A DNA stretch of 64,000 bases from Mobula hypostoma (lineage: Eukaryota): contig NC_086097.1 of NCBI RefSeq assembly GCF_963921235.1, positions 120,592,001 through 120,656,000 of the forward strand. The letters are read 5' to 3'. Position numbers and translations under genes: made by a program. Shown piece after piece: positions 25,716 to 37,650 of this stretch (position 1 is its first letter; every line of letters begins with the position of its first letter). A model generated the notes under the pieces. That model was not told the DNA's origin, did no database searches, and saw only the letters and a program-made list of their open reading frames with translations.

Positions 25716-26593
25716 TGTGACAAGAATACACATCGATAAAGATGTTAGCTGTCTTGGATTGGCACCAATGGGATCAGCAGTTGGTCTGCCACCTGTCTTT
25801 AGGAGAGAGAGAGATATGGAAAACAATGGAGCAGCATATGAAGATGCGTAATGAAGGGGAAGGAGAGCTGTCAAGATCGGCTCCCCCTTTGAACCCTGAA
25901 CTGTTTGAAGAGATGGACAGGCGATACCCCAGCAGCGGGATAAAAAGGGACAGGTTCGCTAAGGCAGGACACACACGACACCCGAGGTAACGAGACCCTG
26001 GAAGCGGTGCGCCTCTCACAAGTCGGTGGGAAGCTTTTGGACAGCTGGTCGCGGGATCAAGTCATAGATGCTCAGGGTGGAAAGGTACGATCGGTGGGAA
26101 CCTGGTGTGTGTCCACCCTTGCCTGGGTGCCGGGTTCACCACAGGGAAATGATGGTATCTGGAAACAGAGGGGTCACGGTCAGTGACCTCAATTGACATC
26201 ACAAAGGGCTCGCCTGAAAGCTGACTGCGAAGGTCTGTGTGGAAGCCGTTTTAAAGTATTCATTCATTTTTGCTCTCTCTCTCCTTCCCCCCACTGTCCA
26301 TCGCCACGGCAACGATTACTGCGAACTGAACTGAACTAAATTGAACTGAACTTTGCGTCACTTTGAAACTGGTCATTTACCCCTAGACAACGATAGAGCT
26401 TGATTGATCCTGTTATCTTAATTCTGTGTACATGTATGTTTATCATTGCTGAATTGTTGCATTCATTATCCTTTTGGTTAGAGTACTATGTTGCTTGTTC
26501 CTTTAATAAAACTTTCTTAGTTCTAGTAATCCAGACTCCAACTGAGTGATCCATTTCTGCTGGTTTGGCAACCCAGTTACGGGGTACGTAACA
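25716..26593 (+). mobile_element. Solo LTR of the Gmr1-like family, 4-bp TSD GTAG
   Basis: TGTGAC...CGTAACA termini; GTAG at 25712-25715 and 26594-26597; homologous to 59315-60195. Confidence 0.95.
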
Positions 26594-26599
26594 GTAGTA

Positions 26600-26740
26600 A
26601 ATCTCACAAAAAAATCTGCGAATAAGCAGATAATCTTTATTAAATTGTTAGTTAGGGATAAATATTGCCCATGACAAATGGACAAAATCTCCCACTTTTC
26701 TTCCTGGAGGCGTCATGCGATTTAACATATCTTCTGGGTG
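26600..26740 (-). mobile_element. Deu-domain SINE fragment
   Basis: agggataaatattgcccatgac...tctcccacttttcttc is the reverse complement of the Deu-like segment at about 37480-37545. Confidence 0.5.
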
Positions 26741-28009
26741 GTTGTTCAGGACTTGAGGACCAGAGTTACAGGGAAAGGACTTTATTTTGTGGAACCCAGG
26801 AAAATGAGGGGAGATTGGATAGAGGTATACAAAATTATGAGGGGTATAGATAGGGTAAATGCAAGCAGGCTTTTGCCACTGAGGTTGGGTGAGATTATTT
26901 AATTAAATTAAATAGCGCTTCTGACCCAATGAGCTGGTCGCCCAGCAACCCACTCGTTTAATCCTAGCCTAATCACAGGACAATTTACAATGACCAATTA
27001 ACCTAAAAAAGGCTACATCTCTGAACTTTGGGAGGAAACTCCTGCACCCAGAGGAAACCCATCAGCTCATGGGGAGAAAGGTCAAACTGTTTACAGAAAG
27101 CGCCGGAAATGAACTCCGAACTCTGAAACCACGAGCTATAATAGCACGCGCTAACCGCTACGCTACCATGTAAAACTAGAGGTTATAGGAAAGGCTGGAA
27201 GATGTACGGGAAACATGAGGGGGAGCTTCTTCACTCTGAGGGTGGTGAGAGTGTGGAACGAGCTGCCAGCGGAAGTGGTGGATGCAGGTTCAATTTCAAC
27301 ATTTTAAGAGAAATTTGGATAAGTACATAGATGGAAGGGTTATGGAAGGCTATGGTCCGGGTGCAGGTCGATGGGATTAGGCAGAATAAGAGTTTGGCAA
27401 TAGTTTGCACTGTAGTGTTCTACCACAATGACTCTATCTTTCTTTTATCTTCTGGGTGGTGCCATGTGATTTAACTTGTCACCTAGGTGGTAGTTCTCAA
27501 AAGTTCAACAAGCATGTAAACGAGAGGCACTTGCTTAATCCTGCTTTGGAGTCTGGGTTTTGAGTGGGACTTTATACTGCAATCATCCAGCATCTGAATG
27601 CAGCCATTGAATCGCAATTGGCAATTGTTACCACAGGTGTGTTTTCTTTTTAACTCATTCATTAAGTAGCCAAGTATGTGCATAGCATAAATCAAGGATC
27701 AAAATTATTCTGCATGCATTAGGAATTTGCTGTGGTGTGTTGATCAGGCCACGACATGCAACAAAGAACAACAATATTCAACTATTATAAAGAATAAAGA
27801 ATTACACAAAAAACAAAGTTACAGATATGGAATAAAATGTGCATAAATACATAGCTACCAGCATACATTTACAATGTAAACAGCATTATAAAAGGTGGAG
27901 TTCAGTAATGGTGGTAATAGGTAGAGGGGCTGAGGTGGTTCTATCTGGAATAGTCGGTCAAATTAACGGCTTGGGAGAAGAAACTTTTAAAAAGTTGTGA
28001 AGTTTTTGT

Positions 28010-28915
28010 CTGAACAACCTTTTATCCTGCGCTCCATAATTGTTGACAATATTGCCCTTGAAAATGTAGACCACTTCCCCTACTTTAGCAACATTCTCTG
28101 CTCATAAGCCAATATCTTCTCAGAGATCAACCACCGACTGAGTAGTGCTAGTGGAGCCGATGTAAGATTAAGGAAAAGAGTCTTTGAAGATGATGACATA
28201 TAGTTCCAAACAAAACATGTGGTCTGTAGAGTAGTCATCTGACCTACATTACTATATGGAGCTGAAACAGGATGGCCACAATAGGAAACTGAAAGCCCTG
28301 GAACAATATCATCAAAGATCCTTAGGAAAGATCTTGAGAATCAGGTGGAAGATTAGACGCACTAACACCAGTGTGCTGTAGGAAGCCAATGTGAACAGCA
28401 TCTTCACCACGATAAACCAGCACTAACCCGGGTGGTAGGTCATGTCATTCAGATGCCTAACTCACGTCTCCCAAAACAGATCCTTTACTGAAGGAAGGTC
28501 AGGGTGTTTTTGGTGGGCATAGGAAATACTTCAAAGATAACATCAAAATCAGCTTGCAAAATTTTCAGTGTTACATCTAAAAGCTGGGACGATGCAGTAC
28601 TCAATAGGTATTGTTACGTACCCCGTAACTGGGTTGCCAAACCAGCAGAAATGGACCACTTAGTTGGAGACTGGATTACTGGATCTAAGAAAGTTTTATT
28701 AAAGAAATAAGTAACACAGTACTCCAATAGTAAGGATATAAATGCAACAGGTTAGCAATGATAAAACACACATGTACACAGAACTAGGATAATAGGATCA
28801 ATCAAACTCTATCGCAGTCTAGGGGTAAAATGATCAGTCTTGAGTGACACAGAGTTCAGTTCAGTTTAGTTCAGTTCGTAGTAATCGCTGTTGTGCCGTT
28901 GGAGAGAGAGAGAGA

Positions 28916-28946
<31 letters not shown>

Positions 28947-29700
28947 CGAATGATGATATTCAAATCGGATTCAAACAGACCTTTGATATTCCTCGCAGTT
29001 AGCTTTCGGGCGAGCCCTTTGTAATGTCTTCTGAGGTCACCGACTGTGACCCCTCCGTTCCGGATACGATCGTTCTTCTGCAGTGAACCCGGCACCCAGG
29101 CAAGGGCGGACACCGACCGTACCTTTCCACCCTGTGCGTCTATGGTCAGTCCCACCACCAGACCTCCAAAAACTCCCACCAACTTGTGGGCGGGGGCGCA
29201 CAACGCACTTCCAGGGTCTCGTTATCTCGTGGTGTCATGGTGTGACCCTTGCCTTAGCAAATCTGTTCCTTTTATCCCCCTGCTGGGGTATCGCCTGTCC
29301 ATCAAACTTCAAACAGTTCAGGTTCAAAGCAACCGGTCTGACAATACTCAGAACTGTGTCTCTTTTCGTTAATCTCTCTCGTCTCTCTCTTATTAGCATT
29401 TTGAATGTTTCCCCCATTTGTCTCTGTCTTATCTCTCTTATTGGCATCAATCTTCTGATAACTTGGTCTGTTGTCACAGTATATACCTGGAGGAGATGCT
29501 GTTCAAGAGGGAGATGCGCAACATGAGACCGATCTCTGCTGTGCCATGGAGAACAAGTGGTGGCTGTGAAACGTGAGACTGAACAACCAAAAGGTCCAAC
29601 CATCAACCACAGCCACCTCTTACTCTTGTCCACACTGCACTAGGATATGTGGATCCCGGACTGGCCTACTAAGGACACACCAATAGACAACCCCTGGGAA
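28010..29700 (+). mobile_element. RTE-clade LINE 3' region interrupted by a solo LTR
   Basis: LENVDHFPY, RLRKRVFED, PTLLYGAET, LEQYHQRSL, GHVIQMPNSRLPKQILY; C-terminal CPHC..C after the LTR. Confidence 0.85.
28612..29478 (-). mobile_element. Solo LTR of the Gmr1-like family (divergent U3 subtype), 4-bp TSD GTAT
   Basis: Plus strand reads TGTTACGTACCCC...TGTCACA; GTAT at 28608-28611 and 29479-29482; (GA)n expansion at about 28902-28946. Confidence 0.95.
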
Positions 29701-30124
29701 GAGCATCGTACTCGAGTCAAGTGATCGCACTACTTTTGCAAGTAATATCACTAGCAATTTGATTGGTTCCCATCAGAAATTGGATTATGCTTTCTTTTTT
29801 GTTAATGCCAGTAATGTTCATACCATTGATGTGGAATGGTGGAAAACAATTTGGGGTGGGATTAGGTGAGGATGTTGGGATGAGGGCTGGTGAGTCAGGG
29901 CAGAGTGGCTGCCAGGCAAAGAAAAAGGTTGGAAAGCCACCTTAGGTCAATGTTTAACATGGTGTTGGAGGCAAACCTCACCACATCTCATTGGTCATAA
30001 GTTACTTTAGGAGTCCTATAAATTCAACACTTTAATTCTCTTCTCCCAAACTTTCCAGTCATTCCATCAACATGAATTGTCCACGATAAAAAACGTGTGC
30101 ATCTCTTGTTTCTCCTGTCTTGTA

Positions 30125-31460
30125 GCAGGCTAGTGCAGAAATTGCAGGGACCCTGACAGAGATGTTTCAAATGTCTTTAGCCGTGGGTGAAGTACCAAAG
30201 GATTGGAAAAAAAAAGCTTATGTTGTTCCACTGTTTAAGAAAGACTCTATGAATAAACTAGGATATTATAGGTTGGTGATATCAGTAGTGGGTGAGTTAT
30301 TGGAAGGTATTCTGAGGGACAGGATAGATAGTGTTTGGTAGTCAGAGACTGATTAAGGGCAATCAGCATGGCTTTGTGCATAGTTGGTCCTGTCTAACCA
30401 ATCTTATAGAAATTTTCAAGCAAGTTACCAACAACCTTGAGGAAGGAAAGGACGGGATGTTGTCCACATGGACTTTAACAAGGTCTCGTATGATAGGTTG
30501 GTCAAAAAGGTTCAGTCACTTGGCATTCAGGATGAGGCAATAAGTTATATTAGACGAAGGGTCTCGGCCTGAAACGTCAACTGCACCTCTTCCTACAGAT
30601 GCTGCTTGGCCTGCTGCGTTCACCAGCAACTTTGATGTGTGTTGCTTAAGTTATATTAGACATTGGCCTCACGAAAGAAACCAGAGAATGCTTGTAGATG
30701 GTTGCCTCTCTGACTGAAGGCCTACAACTAGAGATGTACTACAGGGATCGGTGCTGGTTCTATTGTTGTTTGTCATCAATATTAATGATATGGATGTTAA
30801 TGTGGTAAAGTGAATCAGCAAATTTACAGAAGACACCAAGTTTGGAGGTGTAATAGACAGCGAAGAAGGCTATCGAGGCTTAAAATGGGAGCTGGGCCAG
30901 CTGGAAAAAATGGGCTGAAGATGGCAGATGGAATTTAAAGCAGACAAATGTGAGGTGTTGCACTTTGGGATGACAAACCAGGGTAGGACTTACATGGTGA
31001 ACAACAGAGCACTGAGGAGTGTAGTAGAACAAAGGGTTCTGGGAATACAGAACCTTAATTCCTGGAAAATGGTGTCACAGCTAGGTAGAGTCATAAAGAA
31101 TGCTTTTGGCACATTGGTCTTCATAAATCAAAGTATTGATTGCTGGAGTTAAGGCATTATATTTAAGTTGCATAATGTGTTGGTGAGGCCTAATTTTGAG
31201 TATTGTGTGCGGTTCAGTTCACCTACCTATAGGAATGACAGCTTGAAAGAATTTAGGGAAAATGTACAAGGATGTTACTGGGGTTTGACAACTTAATTTA
31301 AAGGGAAGGCTTGAATATATTAGGACTTTATTCACTAGAGGTTTGGAAAATGAGGCGAGATTTGATTGAGGTATACAAACTTATGAGGGATATAGATAGG
31401 GTAAATGCAACCACCCTTTTCCACTGAGGTTGGGTGAAACCAGAACTAGAGGTAAGGGTT
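30125..31460 (+). mobile_element. CR1 LINE ORF2 fragment (older copy)
   Basis: NQHGFVHSWSCLTNLIE, QGSVL, SKFTEDTK, MEFKADKCEVLHFG. Confidence 0.9.
30556..30646 (+). mobile_element. Short Penelope-derived insertion starting inside a hammerhead core, 15-bp TSD
   Basis: TSD TAAGTTATATTAGAC at 30541-30555 and 30647-30661; body (gac)gaagggtctcggcctgaaacgtc.... Confidence 0.88.
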
Positions 31461-31631
31461 AAAGGTGAATGTTCAATAGCATTGGAGAGAGATAGGAACA
31501 GACAAGTTAGAAAAACATTTAATTGGAGTAAGGGGAATTATGAGGCTATCAGGCAGGAACTTGGAGGCTTAAATTGGAAGCAGATGTTCTCAGGGAAAAG
31601 TACAGAAGAAATGTGGCAAATACTCAGGGGA

Positions 31632-31851
31632 CATACATAAAAGTTGCTGGTGAACACAGCAGGCCAGGCAGCATCTCTAGGAAGAGGTGCAGTTGACGTT
31701 TCAGGCCGAGACGTCCTGACGAAGGGTCTCGGCCTGAAACGTCGACTGCACCTCTTCCTAGAGATGCTGCCTGGCCTGCTGCGTTCACCAGCAACTTTTA
31801 TGTGTGTTGCTTGAATTTCCAGCATCTGCAGAATTCCTGTTGTTTGCGTTT
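31632..31851. mobile_element. Palindromic Penelope-derived insertion with hammerhead, 14-bp TSD
   Basis: About 80-bp near-perfect inverted arms 31632-31712 / 31726-31806; TSD AAATAYTCAGGGGA at 31618-31631 and 31852-31865. Confidence 0.9.
31713..31746 (+). ncRNA. Minimal type I hammerhead ribozyme
   Basis: gtc-CTGACGA-agggtctcggcct-GAAAC-GTC-gac: conserved core, stem I gtc/gac, stem II, palindromic helix III. Confidence 0.75.
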
Positions 31852-34800
31852 AAATATTCAGGGGATATTTGTCTGGAGTTCTGTATAGGTACGTTCCAAT
31901 GAGACAGGGAAGTTATGGTAGGGTACAGGAACTGTGGTGTACAAATGCTGTAATAAATCTAGTCAAGAAGATAAGAAAAGCTTACAAAAAGTTCAGGGAG
32001 CTAGGTAATATTAGAGATCTAGAAGATTATAAGGCGAATAGAAAGGAGCTTAAGAAGGAAATTAGGAGAGCCAGAAGGGGCCATGAGAAGACCTTTGCGG
32101 GCAGGATTAAGGAAAACCCCAAGGCATTCCAGAAGTTTGTGAAGAGCAAGAGGATAAGATATGAAATAATAGGACCTATCAAGTATGACAGTGGGAAAGT
32201 GTTTATGGAACCGAAGGAAATAGCAGAGGTACTTAATGAATACTCTACTTTAGTATTCACTATGGAAAAGGATCTTGGTGATTGTAGTGATGACTTGCAG
32301 TGGACTGAAAAGCTTGAGCATGTAGATATCAAGAAAGAGGATGTGCTGGATTTTTTGGAAAGCATCAAGTTGGATAGGTCGCCGGGACCGGATGAGATGT
32401 ACCCCAGGCTACTGTGGGAGGTGAGGGAGGAAATTGCTGAGCCTCTGATGATGATCTTTGCATCATCAATGGGAATAGGAGAGGTTCTGGAGGATTGGAG
32501 GGTTGCGAATGTTGTTCTTTTATTGAAGAAAGGGAACAGAGATAGTCCAGGAAATTATAGACCAGTGAGTCTTACCTCAGTGGTTGGTAAGTTGATGGAG
32601 AAGATCCTGAGAGGCAGGATTTATGAACATTTGGAGAGGTATAATATGATCAGGAATAGTCAAGGGCAGGTCGTGCCTTACGAGCCTGATTGAATTTTTT
32701 GAAGATGGTACTAAACATATTGATGAAGGAAGAACAGTAGATGTAGTGTATATGGATTTCAGCAAGGCATTTGATAAGGTATCCCATGCAATGCTTATTG
32801 AGATAGTAAAGAGGCATGGGATCCAAGGGGACATTGCTTTGTGGATCCAGAACTGGCTTGCCCACAGAAGGCAAAGAGTGGTTGTAGATGGGTCATATTC
32901 TGCATGGAGGTCGGTCACCAGTGGGGTGCCTCAGGGATCTGTTCTGGGATCCTTACTCTTCGTGAATTTTATAAATGACCTGGATGAGGAAGTGGAGGGA
33001 TGGGTTGGTAAGTTTGCTGATGACACAAAGGTCGGAGGTGTTGTGGATAGTGTGGAGGGCTGTCAGAGGTTAAAGTGAGACATTGATAGGTTGCAAAACT
33101 GGGTTGAGAAGTGGCAGATGGAGTTCAACCCAGATAAGTGTGAAGTGGTTCATTTTGGTAGGACAAATAATAGCAGAATATACTATTAGTGGCAAGTCTT
33201 TTGGCAGTGTGGAGGATCAGAGGGATCTTGAGGTCCGAGTCCACAAGACACTCAAAGCAGCTGAGCAGGTTGACTCTGTGGTTAAGAAGGTGTACGGTGT
33301 ATTGGCCTTCAACAATCGTGGAATTGAATTTAGGAGAAGATAGGTAATGTTGCAGCTATATATGACCCTGGTCAGACCCCACTTGGAGTACTGTGCTCAA
33401 TTCTGGTCGCCTCGCTACAGGAAAGATGTGGAAGCCATAGAAAGGGTGCAGAGGAGATTTACAAGGATGTTGCCTGGATTGGGGAGCATGCCTTATGAGA
33501 ATAGATTGAGTAAACTCGGCCTTTTCTCCTTGGAGCGACGGAGGATGAGAGGTGACTAAGATGATGAGAGGCATTGATCATGTGGAAAGTCAGAGGCTTT
33601 TTCCCAGGGCTGAAGTGGTTGTCACAAGAAGACACAGGTTTAAGGTGCTGGGGAGCAGGTAAAGAGGAGATGTCAGGGGTAAGTTTTTTACTCAGAGAGT
33701 GGTGAGTGCATGGAATGGGCTGCCGGCAACGATGGTGGAGGCAGCTATGATAGGGTCTTTTAAGAGACTTTTAGATAGGTTCATGGAGCTTAGTACAATA
33801 GAGGGCTATAGGTAAGCCTAGTAATTTCTAAGGTAGGGACTTGTTCAGCACAACTTTATGGGCCGAAGGACCTGTATTGTGCTGTAGGTTTTCCATGTTT
33901 AAGGGGAACTTCCGCACTCAGAAGTTGGTGAGAATGTGGAACAAGCTGCCAGCGGAAATGATGGATGCAGATTTGATTTCAACTTTTAAGAGATATTTGG
34001 ATCGGTACATGGATGGCAGGGATGTGGAGGCTATGGTTCAAGAAGAGGTCTAGGCAGATTAATAGTTTGGCATGAACTAGATAGGCCAAAGAGCCTGCTT
34101 CTGTGCTGTAGTGTTCTATGAGTCTATGACTCTAAATTAAAAAAGACATTTGACAGAGTATCACACAGAAAATGCAGAGACCTTTCAGTAGGTCTGGAAA
34201 AGAAGGGAAAAGATGTCAGAATAAAACGGTTGGGAGGGGTGAAGGAGGACAAGCTAGAAGGTGATAGGTGAACCCAAGCAGTTGGGGGAGGGTGATGAAG
34301 TAGGAAGCCTTGAGGTGATAGGTGGAAAGGGCTGGAGAAGAAGGAATCTGATGTAGAGAAGAGTGGACCATGGGAGAAAGGGGAGGAGGAGGGGCACTAG
34401 AGGGAGGTGATAGAGAGATGAAGAGAAAAACAAAGAGACCAGAGGGGGAAATAGATGAAGAGGGAAGGGGGAGGAAAAAATATTACCAGAAGGAGAAATC
34501 GATGTTCATGCCATCCGGATGGAGGCTACCCAGATGGAATATAAGGTGTTGCTTCTCCACCCCGAGAGTGGCCTCATCATGGTAGAAGAGGAGGCCATGG
34601 ATTGACATGTCAGAATGGGGATGAGGATAGGAACTAAATGGTTAGCCACTGGCAAATTCTGCTTTAAGCACATGGAATAGAGGTGCTCAACAATACGCTC
34701 TTCCAATTTGTGTTGGGTCTCACCAATGAAGAGGAGCCCACATCAGGAGCACTGGATGTAATAGACAGCCCATACAGATTTGCATGTGATGTATTGCCTA

Positions 34801-34871
34801 AACCAGAAGGACTGTTTGGGGCTTTGAATGGAGGTGAGGGAGGAGGTGAATGGGCAGGTGTAGCATTTTTG

Positions 34872-35004
34872 ATCCTGACGAAGGGTCTCGGCCTGAAATG
34901 TTGACTGTACCTCTTCCTAGAGATGCTGCCTGGTCTGCTGCGTTCACCAGCAACTTTGACGTGTGTTGCCTGAATTTCCAGCATCTGCAGAATTCCTCGT
35001 GTTT
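34872..35004 (+). mobile_element. Short hammerhead-headed Penelope-derived insertion with TSD
   Basis: TSD GCATTTTTG at 34863-34871 and 35005-35013; begins atcCTGACGAagggtctcggcctGAAAtgtt. Confidence 0.85.
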
Positions 35005-35714
35005 GCATTTTTGTCACTTGCAGGGATACATACCAGGAGGGAGATTAGTGGGGTGGGATGAATAGGTAACAGAATTCCAGAGGGAGCAATCCCTGTGGAA
35101 AGCAGAGAGTTGGGGGGGAGGAGGTTAAATATGTGTTTTGTGGTAGAATCCCATTGAAAATGGCTGAAATTGTGAAGAATAACGTGTTGGATTAGGAGGC
35201 TTCCGGGGGGGGGGGGGGTATTTGAAGACAAGACAAACTCTGGCCGCATGAAGGAGACAGGAAGATGGGGTGAGAGCAGATGTCCGGGAAATGGATGAGG
35301 TTCTGCTGAGAGCAGCCTCAATGGTGGAGGAAGGAAAACCCCACTGTTTGAAGAAGGTTGACATCTCTGATGACCTAGAAAGGAAAGCCTCATCCTGGTA
35401 ACTGAGAAAAGGGAACAGTATTTTTACAGGAGGCAGAGAGGGATGAGGTATAATCAAGATAGCCATAGGAATTGGTAGGTTTATAAAAGGTATCAGTACA
35501 CAGTTTGTCTCCAGAGATAGAGCAGAGAGATCAAGAAAGGGGACAGGAGTGTGAGAAATGGACTAAATGAATTTAAAGGCAGGATGGAAGTTGGAGGAAA
35601 AGTTGATGAAATTGATGTGCTCAGCGTGGGTGCATGAAGCAGCGCCAATGCTGTCGTCAATGTAGCGTAGAAAGATTTAGGGAGCATTACCATGGAAGGC
35701 TTGGAATATGAATT

Positions 35715-35928
35715 ATTTTGTTGTTGTTGAGTACCGCCAAGTTGCCATCAACTCATGGTGACACTATGGATAGTGTAATTGTATGGCAAGATACGGAAAC
35801 AGATTACCTTTCTTCCGTGCAGATACTGCTGCTGCCCAGTTTGGGCATTGGCCGGATTCAGACTCAGGACCATCCATCTCAAAGTCCAGTGCTGATGCCA
35901 CTACACCGCCAGCAGGACCATGGATTGT
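35715..35928 (-). mobile_element. tRNA-derived SINE with (CAA)n tail
   Basis: Head homologous to the SINE at 5265 (ctggcggtgtagtggcatcagcactggact); (ttg)n on the plus strand. Confidence 0.7.
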
Positions 35929-36047
35929 TTTACGTACTCAATAAAAAGGCTGGGGCCCATGGCGACCTCTTGTGTTTGGAGAAAGTGGGAGGAACGAAGA
36001 GAGAAATTGTTGAGGGTGAACACATGGAGAAGGGTGATAGTGGTGAG

Positions 36048-36928
36048 TGTGACGAGAATACACATAAATTAAGATGTTAGCTGGCTTGGGCTGGCACCAG
36101 TGGGATCAGAAGTTGGTCTGCCACCTGTCTTCAGGAGAAAGAGAGATAAGGAAAACAATGGAGTGGCATTTGGAGATGTTAATGAAGGGACGGGAGAGAG
36201 TAACGGAAGGAGAGCTGTCAAGATCGGCTCCCCCTTTGAACCCTGAACTGTTTGAAGTGATGGACAGGCAGGGGGATAAAAAGGGACAGGTTCGCTAAGG
36301 CGACACACACACAACACCCCGAGGTAACGAGACCCTGGAAGCGGTGCGTCTCCCACAAGTCGGTGGGAAGTTTTGGACGGCTGATGCGGGTTCAAGCCAT
36401 AGATGCTCAGAGTGGAAAGGCACGATCGGCGGGAACCTGATGTGTGTCCGCCCTTACCTGGGTGCCAGGTTCACCGCAGAGAAACGATCGTATCTGGAAA
36501 CGGAGGGGTCACGGTCGGTGACCTCAGATGACATCACAAAGGGCTCGCCCGAAAGCTGACTGCGAAGGTCTGTGTGTGGAAGCCGTTTGAATATTCATTC
36601 GTTTTGCTCTCTCTCTCCTTCCCTCCATTGTCCATCTCCCACAGCAGCGATTACTGCGAACTGAACTGAACTAAATTGAACTGAACTTTGCGTCACTTTG
36701 AAACTGGTCATTTACCCCTAGACAACGATAGAGCTTGATTGATCCTGTTATCTTAATTCTGTGTACATGTGTGTTTATCATTGCTGAACTGTTGCATTTA
36801 TTATCCTTTTGATTAGAGTACTGTGTTGCTTGTTTCTTTAATAAAACTTTCTTAGTTCTAGTACTCCAGACTCCAACTGAGTGATCCATTTCTGCTGGTT
36901 TAGCAACCCAGTTACGGGGTACGTAACG
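36048..36928 (+). mobile_element. Solo LTR of the Gmr1-like family inside the Penelope RT region
   Basis: TGTGACGAGAATAC...GTACGTAACG (terminal A appears mutated); imperfect TSD TGAG/AGAG. Confidence 0.93.
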
Positions 36929-37344
36929 AGAGGAACTGGTGTGATCTGTTGACGAGAAAGAAGTGGCGAGCTTTTAGACTTTGGGGATAGAAGTGAGTAG
37001 CTTCTGGACCTCCATGGTGAAAATGAGGTTATCAGGACCAGAGAATGGAAAGTTGGGGAGATCAAGAGCATGTGAAGTGACATGGATGCAGCTGGGAAAG
37101 GAATGAACCAAGGGGGATAAAATATGTTAACAGGATATGTAGTGGAGTGCTGTGAGCACATTGTGTTATTTTGATGCCGCAAGACCACATATTGTAGATT
37201 ATGGTGTATTGCCTGGATTGGTTTTGTCAGTTTGTTCAGCAATTTCAAACACTTAAATTGCATCTGTCTCAGCATTTGATCCCTTTCCAAAGAAGCCATT
37301 GTAATTTCCCCAACCATTCTTCATTATTTAATCTTAATTATACC

Positions 37345-37650
37345 AGTGTTGTTCTCTCAGCATTGATGCATTGAAGTGTGGGTTCAAAGTGACAGGAGTT
37401 GTTCCCTGAAAAAAAAACCTGCTCTGCTGGAGATACTGTTCTCTGGATGAGGCACTAAACCAATACACCATCTGTTCCCTCATGGCACAACTTCAAGGAA
37501 GAGTGGAAGAGTTGTTCCTAGTGTACCAGCCAATATTAATCCTTCATTGATTAACTGTCGTGACTACAAATCAAAAACACTTCATTTGAATTACTTTGGG
37601 ATGACCCAGGGCAGTCAAAAATGCTATGTGGACACAAGATTTTTTGCTTT
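37345..37650 (+). mobile_element. Deu-domain SINE (SacSINE1/AmnSINE1-like), old
   Basis: gtgggttcaaag B-box, then tggagatactgttctctggatgaggcactaaacc...atggcacaacttcaaggaagag...ccaatattaatccttca, resembling the Deu domain as I recall it. Confidence 0.6.

Larger units (their letters stand above)
31470..33900 (+). mobile_element. CR1 LINE ORF2 and 3'UTR, the best-preserved copy in the window
   Basis: ORFs 31869..32693, 32746..33078 and 33347..33559: SPGPDEMYPR, GNYRPVSLTS, YMDFSKAFDKV, SGVPQGSVLG, KFADDTK. Confidence 0.95.
34170..37150 (-). mobile_element. Penelope-like element (RT + GIY-YIG endonuclease + pLTR), interrupted by a short PLE, a SINE and a solo LTR
   Basis: Minus strand VAMGPS (about 35948-35968) and LRYIDDS (about 35650-35670); GIY-YIG VYYIQCS.CGLLFIGETQHKLEERIVEHL (about 34680-34770); pyrimidine-rich pLTR at 34170-34500. 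Confidence 0.85.
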
